Shown here: positions 38,975 to 52,382 of the stretch, piece by piece
Position numbering within the stretch: the stretch's first letter is position 1
Layout: every line of letters begins with the position of its first letter
Source of the DNA: Phoronis australis
Taxonomy: Eukaryota; Animalia; Phoronida
Assembly (NCBI GenBank): GCA_002633005.1
Contig: NMRA01000071.1
Location: forward strand, 12,120-76,119
Reading direction: 5' to 3'
Length of the DNA: 64,000 nt
Notes under the pieces: generated by a model
What the model saw: the letters and a program-made list of their open reading frames with translations, nothing else
Database searches by the model: none
What the model was told of the DNA's origin: nothing
Position numbers and translations under genes: made by a program

Positions 38975-41860
38975 CACCATCTTTTGTAACCATACCACAT
39001 CTTAGTGATCATGTTACGTTTAAAAGTAACTGAAAGCTACCTTTTTGCAATGAAACCTCAAAAAATGTGAAATTCATCAGAAGGTAAGGCCAATTCCATG
39101 CTGGACATTGTCGTGGACCCTGCCCTAGACTTATGTACCGGAGCTAACTTGTTGCCTAGGACAAGATGAGTGTGTACTTGAGCTATGAACCTGGATTTTT
39201 TAATCAAACTGTTTCGTTCGAAGATTAGAAAAGCGTAAACAGTGCTATCGGCTCGAGCTATTTTTTAGTTGACGGAATTTAGAGGACGACAGAATAAAAT
39301 ATCGGTGAATCTTTACTGATTTTGTTCGAAGGATCCTGAAATATATGGCATCGCAAAGACAATTCTACTTTAAGGTACATATTCAGCTTTACATGAACAT
39401 ATCGCATCAGTGGCCTTGACATTTGTCTGGTGAACCGGTGTGGGGTTCTTCGGATTTTCGCTGGCTCCGAAATACTTTTCCCGAACACTTTATTTTTCAT
39501 CGTTACCTTTACAAATTTTCACATCATTAACGTACAATTCTCAGCTGAAAAGCATCGCCTGTTGTCTTTCTTTTCGGATAGAGCAAAAACACTCATCGAT
39601 TCCACCAGGAACATCGTTTAGTGACAGTGTATTTGCCTCTGACATCTTGTTTGTTTGTCGGGTATAAGGTGACTTTTTGCAAGGGGGCGGAGCTTGCGAT
39701 AGGTTAATTTCTTACAAGATTAGCGTATATTGAATACGTCAATCTTAGTAGGTACACTTTACAAAAGCAAGTAAGTAAAAACCCTGGAAATAACCTCGAT
39801 GTGTTGTGTCATCACAACCTTGATGCGTTGTGTCATCATAATCTTGATGCGTTGAGACATCACAACCTTGATGTGTTGAGACATCACATGGTAACCTAAA
39901 ATGAGGCGCACAAAATCTGAGTTGACTGCCAGTTTGTGAAACTTGTTCCAAATCAATTCACAATTTCGTGAGTTGGCATAGAAATAAAGCTGATAGAAAA
40001 CCAAGTGACCACAGGGCTTCGCAGAGCTCTCTCAGGAAATTTTCAAAATTTATTGATGTTCTTGTTTGGTGGTAGCCTGTCACGGCTTATGAGTTAAAAT
40101 TTGCATTAAAAACACAATTCTTGGTTTAAGATTAACAGTACACACAGTTTAAGCACCTGTATTCGTTAGACATATACACGGTCATCAAAACCATGCCCCC
40201 TCAGTCAAATTGACACATATACACGGTCATCAAAACCATGCCGTATCAGTCTAATTGACACATGTACACGGTCATCAAAACCATGCCCTCTCGGTCTAAC
40301 TAACACATGTACANCTACACCATCTTTTGTAACCATACCACAGCTTAGTGATCATGCTACGTTTAAAAGTAACTGAAAGCTACCTTTTTGCAATGAAACC
40401 TCAAAAAATGTGAAATTCATCAGAAGGTAAGGCCAATTCCATGCTGGACATTGTCGTGGACCCTGCCCTAGACTTATGTACCGGAGCTAACTTGTTGCCT
40501 AGGACAAGATGAGTGTGTACTTGAGCTATGAACCTGGATTTTTTAATCAAACTGTTTCGTTCGAAGATTAGAAAAGCGTAAACAGTGCTATCGGCTCGAG
40601 CTATTTTTTAGTTGACGGAATTTAGAGGACGACAGAATAAAATATCGGTGAATCTTTACTGATTTTGTTCGAAGGATCCTGAAATATATGGCATCGCAAA
40701 GACAATTCTACTTTAAGGTACATATTCAGCTTTACATGAACATATCGCATCAGTGGCCTTGACATTTGTCTGGTGAACCGGTGTGGGGTTCTTCGGATTT
40801 TCGCTGGCTCCGAAATACTTTTCCCGAACACTTTATTTTTCATCGTTACCTTTACAAATTTTCACATCATTAACGTACAATTCTCAGCTGAAAAGCATCG
40901 CCTGTTGTCTTTCTTTTCGGATAGAGCAAAAACACTCATCGATTCCACCAGGAACATCGTTTAGCGACAGTGTATTTGCCTCTGACATCTTGTTTGTTTG
41001 TCGGGTATCACGTGACTTTTTGCAAGGGGGCGGAGCTTGCGATAGGTTAATTTCTTACAAGATTAGCGTATATTGAATACGTCATTCTTAGTAGGTACAC
41101 TTTACAAAAGCATGTAAGTAAAAACCCTGGAAATAATCTCGATGTGTTGTGTCATCACAACCTTGATGTGTTGTGTCATCACAACCTTGATGCGTTGTGT
41201 CAACACAGCCTTGATGCGTTGTGTCATCACAATCTTGATGCGTTGAGACATCACAACCTTGATGTGTTGTGTCATCATAATCTTGATGCGTTGAGACATC
41301 ACAACCTTGATGTGTTGTGTCATCACAACCCTGATGTGTTGTGTCATTACAACCTTGATGTGTTGGGTCATCACAACCTTGATGTGTTGTGTCATCACAA
41401 CCTTGATGTGTTGTGTCATCACAACCTTGATGTGTTGAGACATCACATGGTAACCTAAAATGAAACTATAGGCGCACAAAATCTGAGTTGACTGCCAGTT
41501 TGTGAAACTTGATCCAAATCAATTCACAATTTCGTGAGTTGGCATAGAAATAAAGCTGATAGAAAACCAAGAGAGCACAGGGCTTCGCGGAGCTCTCTCA
41601 GGAAATTTTCAAAATTTATTGATGTTCTTGTTTGGTGGTAGCCTGTCACGGCTTATGAGTTAAAACTTGCGTTAAAAACACAATTCTTGGTTTAAGATTA
41701 ACAGTACACACAGTTTAAGCACCTGTATTCGTTAGACATATACACGATCATCAAAACCATGCCCCCTCAGTCAAATTGACACATATACACGGTCATCAAA
41801 ACCATGCCGTATCAGTCTAATTGACACATGTACACGGTCATCAAAACCATGCCCTTTCCG
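38975..41860. repeat. Near-identical tandem duplication (offset 1343 bp) joined at a single N
   Basis: Identical ORFs at 39279/40622 and 39430/40773. N at 40314. The copies differ mainly in 24-bp VNTR copy number. Confidence 0.9.
41138..41448. repeat. 24-bp minisatellite (~13 copies; ~4 copies at 39795-39888)
   Basis: ccttgatgtgttgtgtcatcacaa repeated. Confidence 0.95.
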
Positions 41861-42086
41861 TCTAACTGACACGGTCATCAAAACCATGCCCCCTCGGTCT
41901 AACTGACACATGTACACGGTCATCAAAATCACGCCCTCTCAGTCTAACTGACACAAGTACACGGTCATCAAAATCACACCCTCTCAGTCTAACTGACACA
42001 TGTTCACGGCCATCAAAGTCACACCCTCTCAGTCTACCTGGCACATGTACACGGTCATCAAAATCACACCCTCTCAGTCTAACTGG
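41736..42086. repeat. 45-bp minisatellite (~8 copies; also 40170-40313)
   Basis: acacatgtacacggtcatcaaaaccatgccctctcagtctaactg repeated. Confidence 0.92.
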
Positions 42087-43439
42087 CGCACGGAGTTTCG
42101 TGTATTAACAAATCTCTCTTCATTAGTAATGCTTTTCGGGCCATCTTCAAAAGAAATACTATTGTTGGAGCTCTTTGGATACTTTTATCGTTATAAAACG
42201 ATCGAGAATATTGTCTTTGTGCAATTCGCGGCAAGTGATGCTTAAGTTTACAAACTTTCGATTCTGGTCATTGCTACTTTTTGTTTTCTGAACAGTCTTA
42301 CGTCTTCCGGTTGTTTGGGCAACAACTTTTGATGCTGCTGAAATTCGCATATTCTCTGGTTTTATGACGACATTTTGAATTTTGGTCTAAACTTCCACGC
42401 ACAAATAGTTGGCTGTGTTAGATTGATAGGGTGCAAAGTGACAATTACCCAGGGCCGCTCCTCGAAGAAAGCACCTCATATTATAGGGCGTCCTTAATAC
42501 AAAAGGCGAGCTGCCCAAAAGCTAACTTGAAATAACGGGAAAAGGGTAACATTGATTCCATCGTCGGATCACCCTCGTGTTCACTGATTTCGCTTTAAAG
42601 GTTAGAGTTCACAATAACAGGAAAAGGGAGGCAACTGATTCTATGCAGACAAAAATTGTATTTTGTACCAATTAGCTCTGGAGTTTTTTCGGACTGTTTA
42701 AATATGAACAGGAACAACTTTACAAGTGAGCGCAAACCAAACACAATGCGTATTTTTTAAATGTTGGGGGCCCTAGCGATTAGTTCCTGTTCTCGATTAT
42801 TCCTGCCCACATCCCCACGCCGACACTGGTGGCGCCGAAGGTTCGTATGTGTTTAATAAGTGTGGCTTCACGTGTAGGGGTGTTTGACCCCCTGCTCCCT
42901 GCTTCCTATTTCTTTTGATAACGAACCGTCAGTTCCTTGCAAGATCCCAAATCCCTTCTCATCGTTGCAAGGAACAGAAAGCGACCAGTTTTTGAGCGGT
43001 TTTGAGATTAAAATCAAATTTGTTTGTGACAGAACGGCAGTTTATGACCGATATTCACGAACCTAGATATATGGCTAAATTTGTTTATATTACGCATGGT
43101 CCAATCTGCTGTATTAAAGTTGTGGGTCAAGACTGATTTTAACTCAACTGCTTAATTTCACTGCATGACATTCATTATTATAGTGATTTGCATATTTCAC
43201 TGTTATGATTTCATGAAAATACTAGGCCAAGCAAATGTGCTTCACCGTTTCTCTTCCTTTACTACATAGTAAAGAAGCACTATTCAAAATATTGACTGCT
43301 AGTAAGTTGATATTTTCAAAATTCTGTCCCCGCCAAATATATTTTTGAAATTATAGTTTTTACACATTGTCAAATTTGAAATTATCAACCGCGTGTGTGC
43401 ATACGTAACTTAGGTCGTTCTCTCTTTCACATATTTCAG

Positions 43440-43591
43440 AAGCTTTGAAGGTAGCTAGGTTTGCTCTTGACCTAACCATCCATATGTTGGCAATCACAGT
43501 TAACCCTGCCTTCGTCTTGTTGAAGCCTTTTGTTGCCTTCCTGTGGCCTAGTCCAAAAAAACCCAGCGCTTGGGACCAAGTGCGTGCCAAG
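43440..43591 (+). CDS. Exon 3 (phase 1-0): (E)ALKVARFALDLTIHMLAITVNPAFVLLKPFVAFLWPSPKKPSAWDQVRAK, start of the Cry domain I-like region
   Basis: Acceptor tctctttcacatatttcag|, donor AAG|gtaggt. Hydrophobic hairpin followed by the LWP....W motif typical of Endotoxin_N. Confidence 0.85.
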
Positions 43592-44010
43592 GTAGGTCAT
43601 CACTGTTATTTGTTTCATTATCATTAGAGCTGTATGCATAAATCTGTCCTGTCTACAAATTTACACCATCATTTTTGTACACGAGTAAGCCATAACAGGA
43701 AGGCCTTTTATGTAACTTTTGTTGTTCCATTATAACACGTCTTTTCTCGTTTTCATGTTTTGTTGAAAAACAAAAAATGAGCCACACTGTCTCCTCGACA
43801 TATGGTTGGGTCTACGAGAACAAGTTATAATGACGAGAACAGGTAAACACCGTGCAGCGATGATACCTACGCTATTTTAACGGCATTTATGCTGCAACCA
43901 CGACAAGCAACGAGTTTGGATACTCCTGTCACTCGTCAGATTTGAAATGTGTTCTAAGAGCTATGAGCAGTGTGAAATGTAATCTTGCTCATGTTGTTAT
44001 TTGTTTAAAG

Positions 44011-44294
44011 GTCCATAAGCTAATTAATCAAAAGATGAATGAAGCCTATGCCAATGATCTGAAGAACTTTTTGACAAGTCTCAAAAAGGAGATGGATGCT
44101 TACAACGGTTACTCTGACACAAGCTCTCAGAAAGTACCCAAGATTATCTCTATAGATACATCTTTAGGGGTAAGAGAAGAAAAGTTCATGAACAAAAAAG
44201 ATCCTGTGTCGACTTTGACGTATTACGTTCCTTACGTCACCACACGACTGATGGTTAAACTGGAAGCTATGAAAGTTGCAAAACCTGCAGAAAA
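44011..44294 (+). CDS. Exon 4 (phase 0-2): VHKLINQKMNEAYANDLKNFLTSLKKEMDAYNGYSDTSSQKVPKIISIDTSLGVREEKFMNKKDPVSTLTYYVPYVTTRLMVKLEAMKVAKPAE(K)
   Basis: Acceptor ttgttatttgtttaaag|, donor AA|gtaagt. V..LI.QK...A.N...L..L...Y and L..Y......L....EA match the Cry domain I helix 2b-5 pattern by eye. Confidence 0.85.
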
Positions 44295-44399
44295 GTAAGT
44301 ACGAATTTCTTTTATATCTTTGCAAGTGTTAAGTCATCAATGTCGCGTGTCTTACTGCATTTAAATATAAGATGTTTGACCTGCAATCTCTCGGTTCAA

Positions 44400-45085
44400 A
44401 ATAGATATCTAAAAACATTTATAACATCATGCATTGACATGTTTACACAACTACTCTAAGGCACCTTATGGTCCTGAGTTAATCAAAGTATATCTTGGTC
44501 TTCCCTTTCTGGTTAACAGTAGTTATATGGTCGACAGACAGGTTAAGAGGAGGCTTGGGCCTATTGCTTCATGCTTACAATTTGTAATAATTTTTAAGCC
44601 TGTTAACGTACTTTTTCATTGTCTAGGCGCAAATCACCATTGAATAAGTCATGTTGTGTACCCACTCAACTGTTATGAATGTGAACAGTTTTGCATTGGA
44701 ATGACCAACTGGATTCTCAGCATCATTGTAACGATACACACAGTGATGTTCTTAATCATTTATTGGCCTCTGGTCACACTATAGATTATGCTGTTCGGAT
44801 ATTTGACAAGGATAATATCACATTCAGGCTCCTCATAAGGGGGCTATGCATATACGGTTGAATCACGCTGAGCATTGGTTCATTTGAGCTCCAGCTGTTT
44901 TGATTTCTTGTCTCTATACTCCTTGCCTTTTGATGTGTACCTCTGCAGGCGGTTCGCCTGTGTTACCTGACTGGAGTATTGTGAAGAACATTCGTCTTGA
45001 GAATGACTTAGTGATAACCGAAACGTCGACTAATACAGTGTCTTTATTTGTGTATGTGCCGACTTTATTGTTCGTAATTAATTGA
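44400..45085 (+). mobile_element. Penelope-like element 3' remnant (GIY-YIG region + pLTR)
   Basis: Frameshifted VYLGLPF...KSHVVYPLNCYECEQFCIGMT...DVLNHLLASGHTIDY. 3' part is homologous to 58210-58595. Confidence 0.7.
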
Positions 45086-45126
45086 AAACCAGTAATGCAT
45101 GCACACTCACGTAAGCACGCATTCAG

Positions 45127-45127
<1 letters not shown>

Positions 45128-45191
<64 letters not shown>

Positions 45192-45204
45192 AACAAACAA
45201 ACAC
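45128..45204. repeat. (CA)n/(CAAA)n microsatellite
   Basis: Read directly from the sequence. Confidence 0.95.
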
Positions 45205-45300
45205 TTAGCTACGCAATTACGAGTAATTTTTAATAAATACGTAAAAGCACGTATTAGAAAGGCCTAAACTTTTCATGTGCAAACGCAGAACAAATTCTCG

Positions 45301-48300
45301 CGACAGTAAGTTAAATAAAACAAGGTTTGCTAGCTTTTATTGACGAACAAGTCGAATCGACAGAAACCGGAAACCGAGACGGGGTCCGGGGAAAAACCTT
45401 AACGAACACAATGGCGTAATCACTTTCCTCTCCTCTGGGTACAGTGGAAGCTAAAGAACAATACACGACTTAAAGTAGGTCTATGGAGTACAGAATCTCG
45501 AACAACGTTTCAACAGTAATAACAATTAAACAACAACGTAATAAACACTTATAGCTAAGCATAGTCTCTGTCTGGCATGTCTCCGTCTTAGCTGCCAAAA
45601 TAGAAACTTAAGGAATGAGTAAACGGTCCACTGGTGCTACTCCATAATCCAATCACTAACGTGCCAAGCGGGGGGTTTGCGGTTGCGATGAGAGCGCCGT
45701 AATGTGGTGGCATCCTGCGCAACAGCGTCGGAGCTGAGGACATCTTTCTCATCCGAAATCAGCCGCTGGACCGGCTGCTCCGGTATCAAGAGTCGGTTCA
45801 GGTAGAGGAGGTCGTAGTTATCACCTCCGGCAATCGAGGGGTGTGAGCGGTACTTCGGGCCGGTAATCCCACGGGGGATCACGCACACGAAAATCGTAGG
45901 GGTCGTGGCCAGTAGGTCATCGTCATCAGAGGTATCTAGCTGATCTGAGGTAAAGAACTTAGGATTCGAAGCCGTGGAAGACACAGGGAAGCAGTCTGAT
46001 ACACGTACAGTGTAAGTTTAACTGCGGAACCGTGAGCGAGTGAACTTAGGCAGCTCACACCATTCATCAGACACGCTTGTGACGAGGTACTTCTCGCGGG
46101 CCTTTGTCTTGACACAATCACCCTTTAGGAATACCAGTTGACCAACAAAGAGCCGTGCAGGGTTATGAGCGCGACCACGGGACTTTGATATGGCACTAGG
46201 GAGATGGTTGTCAATACGGGATTGGTGTTGACGGATTATCATCTCCCTGTCAGCGATGGGCAGTTGACAACCTGCGACTTGATCCCGCTGTGTCCACAAT
46301 TTACGAGAAAACAAACCGGGAGTTCATACTGGACGTGGCAATAGCAAGAGTTGCAGAGGACACTGACCCACCCTCTAGAGATAAACGCAGGAGTTCCATG
46401 CCCAACTCGACAACTGCATGTTCAGCCACATGATTCTTATTGACGTTCTTTAAGGCGAAGGCAACCTTTTTCCATGTCATTTTAAGCTAAAATAAGATTG
46501 GTTGGTTATCCTAGACATATTTTTCACTTAATTACAGCTTTTCGTAATTTTATTAATTACTCGTCCGCTATTCCGGAAGTGACGTTTTAGGAGGCAAGCG
46601 TTTCCCGCCACTTGGTTTTGCAATGAGTTTACTGTGCGAATCTGTTCTATTCTACTTCTGTTTTGTGCTATTTTTCACCAATTGTCGCCACCACTTTCCA
46701 TCGGCGAGTATTCTGCGGCAAGATAGGTTAGTAGAGAACTCAACTACGTTGGATTTAGGGATTGTTTAGAGTTTTATAAGCTGAAAATGGCTGGAGTCGG
46801 TGACCCGTATCACAGTGACAGTAGTGTGAGTGACGGAGACCTTGTTCACAGCAGTGGTGACGAGGAATTTTTTCACGGACATTCAGTGGGTGGGTACATG
46901 TTTGAGCCCGAGTATAACGAGGCAGAGTACGCACAGGCACAGGCAGCTGTTGAGAGAAACGAGGCGGCTACTGAGGACAGACGTGGTGACACATCTTGGT
47001 GCAAATGCACTGTGTGCGTTGTTATGCCTACCTCAATGGAATGCTTGTGCTGTTCAGAGTTCGATGAGGCCAAGCCACTACTGGACACGGTTAAGTGGAC
47101 CTCCGGCATACCACGGACAGAGGAACAACTGTCCCACTTGCCAGAGTGTCCCGCGACACACTCCCACTGGATGGTGACCTGAGCACCCAAACTGCTTACA
47201 TCGTGTCGTGTGACTCCCTCGCCACACACCTGGCACCTTCTAAATAGCTCCAACACTTTAGACAAGTCCACAATAAACTTATCAAAGTTTGGCTCACCGA
47301 TCTGTTCACTGGACGACGAACTGTCCTCTTCACTGGGTGTCGAACTGAGCCTGTAATCACTCCCACTACTCAATATCGCTGCAGGGCTGCTTAGAGGCTC
47401 TGGGCTGGAGAAAACAGCACAGGGCGAATCACTACTGGTTCCAGGAATTGCACGCTCTGGGGTACGTTCGGAGGCACGGGTGACAGTAGATGAAGTGCCT
47501 CCACTGGCTCCAGTCACTGTACTGGCCACAGCTCGCGAGGCTTCTCGCTTCAAAAACGCACTTCTCGGGGGTGGCGACGGGGCACTGCCGGGAATCAACA
47601 CAGACGGAATGGCAACCTTCTTCAGGCGTTGTTTCGCAGGGACCTTCATCAGTTCAGCGTACAAATCCCTTTCGTAATCGGACGGCAGAAAGTGATTGCC
47701 ACACACACGGTAATTCTCCACTGCTTTGTACGTTGCGTGGACGGGTAACGCTGCGTTCTTCACACGAACGAGCCAAGTACGGTGAAGTGTGTCATCCATC
47801 GGAAAGCGATGCAAAGGTACTCTAAAAGCGCGTGAGCCGATAATTAGTACATCCCGGTACGCAGCAACAGTGTGGCATGTTGACTGACTAGTATGTGAAA
47901 GCAAACGACGACGGAACTTAACACAACCGAGGTAGAACAATGACAGACTCGGTAGCTCTCACAGTCAGACTATATGTAAAGGAATTGGCGCGAAATGCTT
48001 GCCTCCTAAAACGTCACTTCCGGAATAGCGGACGAGTAATTAATAAAATTACGAAAAGCTATTAATAATTAAGTGGAAAATATGTCTAGGATAACCAATC
48101 AACCTTATTTTAGCTCAAAATGACATGGAAAAAGGTTGCCTTCGCCTTTATCTTGACCAATGTCAAGGTGATCACTGAAAGTAACATCTGGTCATTCTTC
48201 AAAGCAACGAATCCAGGAGCCGCGTCGACTCGAACATTTATTCCGTTTTCAGTAAGAGGGCATATTGCAGAACAAAGAATAACTAGAATGTTTCGAAGTG

Positions 48301-51300
48301 AACGACACGTTCTCGTTGGAGTTGGAATGGCTCAGCTGACTTAACATCTAAGACGCCGTCGTTGGCGATTGAGACCGCATTGAGATAACGCCTGACATTT
48401 TTGATTTTGCTTTGCTTACGCGAAGGACGAGTACCCTGAGACAGGTGGGCATGGCTTCGGCGAAGGTCTGGGCATTCCCGTAGCTGCGCGGCTTGTGAAG
48501 GGCATTTGCATGGCGCTCTGAAGAACATCATCAACCGACAAGCTTCGAACGACTGAATCTTCAAGTTCGGCAATGAACTTACATACCTGACAAGATTAGT
48601 CTTGGCAGGATGTTGGGTTTCTGCTAGAGAAGTCGGAGGGGAGGTTCGCTGCACCAGCAATGTGTACATAGAAACGTCGATACTCGAGCGCTAGTGGAGA
48701 ACTCACCTCGCATAAGTTTTCCGTAGGCCTAAACGCATGGACGACTGTCTGTCAGGACTTGGGTGGGATTAAAGGCCTGGATGATGCATGGGGAAAAATG
48801 ACGGACTGCGGCACCAATACACAGAGTCTCAACTTCGCAGGGTAACCAGACTGTTCGATGTTTACGCAGCTTCGCATTAAAGAAGCCATTGAGGAGAAGT
48901 TTGTCCCCTCTGCGGAGGTACAGGGTGGCACACAAGCTACGATGCTTCACAGAACCGTCAGTCACAATGGGCAGATGATCATCAGGTCTAGGCATGAATA
49001 TCACCTTTGTGTCTTTGAGAGCAGACTGGGACTTCTTAAAAAATTTCACGAGATCGTCGGACCAGGAGATGCGTTCACGAGACTCGCTTCCAGCCACGAC
49101 AGCTTCAAGCGGGTCGAGAAGAGAGGCATAGTCAGGGAGAACACGACTTAGCATCTTAAAAGCCCCAATATATGATCTGAGACCGAACACAGTTGTGGGA
49201 GGCTCAACTGAGGAGAGCTGAGACCTTATGATCACTGGCTGTAAGGAATCCTGGGACCATTTCCAACCAATGACGGTGGTTGAATTAGGGCAGATGACGG
49301 TTTTCTTGGCGGACAGACGCAGGTTGTTTCGCCGAAGAGCCTGGAGGACTAGTCTGCAACGTTGGAGCAATTGGTCAGGTGAGCTTCCACAGATCATCTG
49401 CGATTTTAGTGACCCAATCTTGCTGAATGAAATCACCCAGAACTCTGGACATGAGCTTCTCGAGACAAGTCTCTGATCCCGGCATCCCGATCGAGTGTAA
49501 ACGCGAATGCCTTTAAATGGCGTACCGACACCACAATATTTCATAGACGAATGACACATTGGGCATGAGGGACGGTTGGGGCTTACAATAGCGGGGAACC
49601 TCTCCAAACGAGGTAACAAGCCGACTACCGCCGCTTGGTTTTTTGATGGGGAAGGAGATGTTGAGATATTCTACTTGCACATTCACCTGTTCTGGCTTGG
49701 CGAAAGCACCATCGGTCTCGAGCTCATCAAATTGTGTTCGAAGTACAAGGGACTCGCGGTTGTATTATGGAAGCCGGCCTTTCGTTGAGGAGGGAAAGTG
49801 GGTCCAACATTCACAACAGCCTCTATCTTCCCACTAGCACCATTGTACTTAGAAACGGCAGGATTGAATACATCATCTAATTCAGCATGTAGGGACTGGA
49901 AGCGGGCGCAAATCAGGGTTACGCCTGATGGAATCAGAAAGTAGAGGTCTAGTATGGGTGCCTGGAGGCGGGGCGCTAGTCGTATTTAGGGGGGCATCAG
50001 CCGGGGTCGGTAGTTCGATGTACTGGCCGGGGAGAACGACAGAACGCTGAGGGCAACGCAAGAGAAAAGACTGCGTAAGTCGTGTGGTGGGTAATGTCTC
50101 CTTGGGAATACTGACACCCTAGGGGACAACAACAGAACCAGAAATTACGATCTGGCGCATAGCGGGGCGAACAGCAATGTCATTGTAGGACATGAAGGGA
50201 TTTCCAGCAAGAATATCAACATCAAGCTGGCGAACCACCAAAGCATCCAGACGAAAGTTGTGAGAGCCACGTGTAAGCCGGCAGTGGATCTCGCCAACAA
50301 GCTCAAGGGGGGGTTTACGGCAGCCGAACCGCCCGGTAGACGCTTGCGAGGGAAATAGTCATACCGTATAACGATACGACAGACTCGCGCACTATGTTAG
50401 TAGTAGCACCAGTGTCTAGTGTGACTTGCACGGGATGATCCTCGAAGAAGGCTTTCAAGACAGGAGACTGCATAATAGTGACACGTCGAGCTGATTGGGT
50501 ATCAAGTGACACAGAGCCACAGGAGGCGTCGGCAGCTTCGGTGGATGGCTTGTCGTCGACATCAGCGTCATCGTCTTCAAAGTCCGTAACCCGGCGTGAT
50601 CTGGTGATGCGACGCTTATCGCTGTCAGGTAGGACTCTGCAATCTTCAAGGTTGTGGGAAAAGGATGGTCGGCCGGCGGTCTTGCTGAGAATGCAAGAAT
50701 AGAAATTTTTTCTGCGACCAGGAGGTGCACCAATGCGCATCACACGGGTGTCCTCGATAGTCCGGAGTTCTTCCAGGATTTAAGTTACTACGAGAGATAT
50801 TTCCGTTTTAATCGAAGCCAGCGTGTTGTTACGAAGCTCAGCTCTATACTTTTGCTTGACTAGAAATGGCAGCCATGGTGAACCAATCCAAGCCAAATAA
50901 ATACAATAACATTTTCCAGCGTCGGGGTCAAGTCCTCCTCATAATCCACGGCGGTGCCATGGTGTAGAAGGCCACAGGCAAGTGAGAGGAGATTATCCTC
51001 GAAAAAGGCAGTCACACGTTGTTAGAGGTACTCGGACGCTCGTCGGGTTGCAGGTGGATATTGCAAAGGTCTAAAAAATGAGCGCCGGTCGAGGCAAAGC
51101 CAAAGTGCTGTCTGATTTTTTGCGAGATATCAGCCACCGAGTTCTTGATCATCGAGTTCCGGGAGATGACGGGGCAGTAATTAGTCACTTGTCCGAAAAT
51201 GAGTTCGAGTCGAGCATTCTTTTGTATGGCAGTCAGTCGCTCGGCAGCATCGACGTCGGTGCCGTCATCGACGAGACCTTGCAACGGGTTGGCACTGGTT

Positions 51301-51693
51301 TTCTTGAACCACTGAGAAGTCAGAAACGGCTCACAGGTTTTGTTTAGACTAAAAGTATATATAAGATTCTGCCGCCAGTTCTCATACGTGGTGATGGTCT
51401 CCGTTTTAGTTAGAGACCACTGTTTAGGGGCGCGTACTACCATGTTGAATGAAGGTTCCGGATCTAAAAACGTCAATTACTCACGTCATACAATCAAAAA
51501 TAAAAAGTGTCCTTGTTGTCAGAAGACTACAGTTGCATTAGAGTCTCTTCGGGTTGGTAAGAGCAGCTGCCACCACGACAGTAAGTTAAATAAAACAAGG
51601 TTTGCTGGCGTTTATGGACGAACAAGTCGAATCGACAGAAACCGGAAACCGAGACGGGGTCCGGGGAAAAACCTTAACAAACACAATGGCGAC
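45301..51693 (-). mobile_element. Decayed Gypsy-type LTR retrotransposon with ~116-bp LTRs
   Basis: LTRs at 45301-45416 and 51577-51693. PBS TGGTGGCAGC and PPT gaggagaggaaag on the minus strand. Order: gag ([15 protein letters not shown]), protease (LDTGATTN), RT (LRLSAKKTVIC, LRSYIGAF), RNase H (IVTDGS...WLPCEVE...LTDSRPCV), integrase (NVNKNHVAE). Frameshifted. Confidence 0.9.
46454..48146. mobile_element. Kolobok-type internally deleted element (~160-bp TIRs) inserted in the Gypsy integrase
   Basis: TIRs ggcgaaggcaacctttttccatgtcatttt... at both ends, flanks TTAA and TTTA. Minus strand: THAP transposase N-terminus (LHRFP...W...RVCGNHF...AIPSV; C..C...WEC..GH...W). Plus strand, convergent: YMFEPE...WCKCTVCVVMPTSMECLCCSE. 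Confidence 0.85.
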
Positions 51694-52382
51694 AGGCAAG
51701 TTTCAATTCTGTCCTTAAAGTACATGATTTTAGCACGGAAAATGACTTGTTGAAAAACTCCTACCAAGTAGTTTGATAGACTGTTAAAAGTGAATCTAAA
51801 ACTGGAGCTGAAAGATCAGAGGTCAGACTATTCCCAGCATCCAACCAGAGTCACGGGTCGGTGCGTATTATAAATAATGAGTAATGGAAATTGTGCATTA
51901 TGGAGGCAGGGTAACTTGTTCCGGGGTAACTTGCGCCACTTGTAATTGCTTTGTGGTCGCAAAACTGGGGTAAAGTAACAGTAACTACCAGCTTTGTATT
52001 CTTATGAGTGTAGAGGTTAGTAAGGCTAGGGCCTCGCTGCAAAGGCAAGACTTCGCGATATTACCGCGTATTTGAATGAGACCACGTGATTTGGGCTAGA
52101 TTTTTCTAGCCACGAGAAAGCTGCTGAACGCTACACTGTTGTACATTATCATGCACGGAGCAATGACATCTGCCTTTACTCTAGTTATCGAATAGATGTG
52201 TGTGGACGCTCCACTTAAAAGTGGGTTTCATGAGTGACACTAGTGCAAGTTGCTGTAGGACGGAATTTAATCTACATGTATTTCTATCTGCTCAGAAGGG
52301 TATGCGCCTTCTGTTGCTGATAAGAGTCTTTGACCTCTGCAAATTGGGAAGTAGAATCTGAGTTCAGCCAGGCCCAAGGTGA

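Noticed and set aside
41102-41479. His/Cys-rich repeat protein (HHNLDVLC)n
   Set aside because: Translation of the 24-bp VNTR.
44949-45085. Candidate exon after ctctgcag (GSPVLPDWSIVKNIRLEND...)
   Set aside because: Wrong phase for exon 4, and homologous to the Penelope pLTR at 58450-58595.
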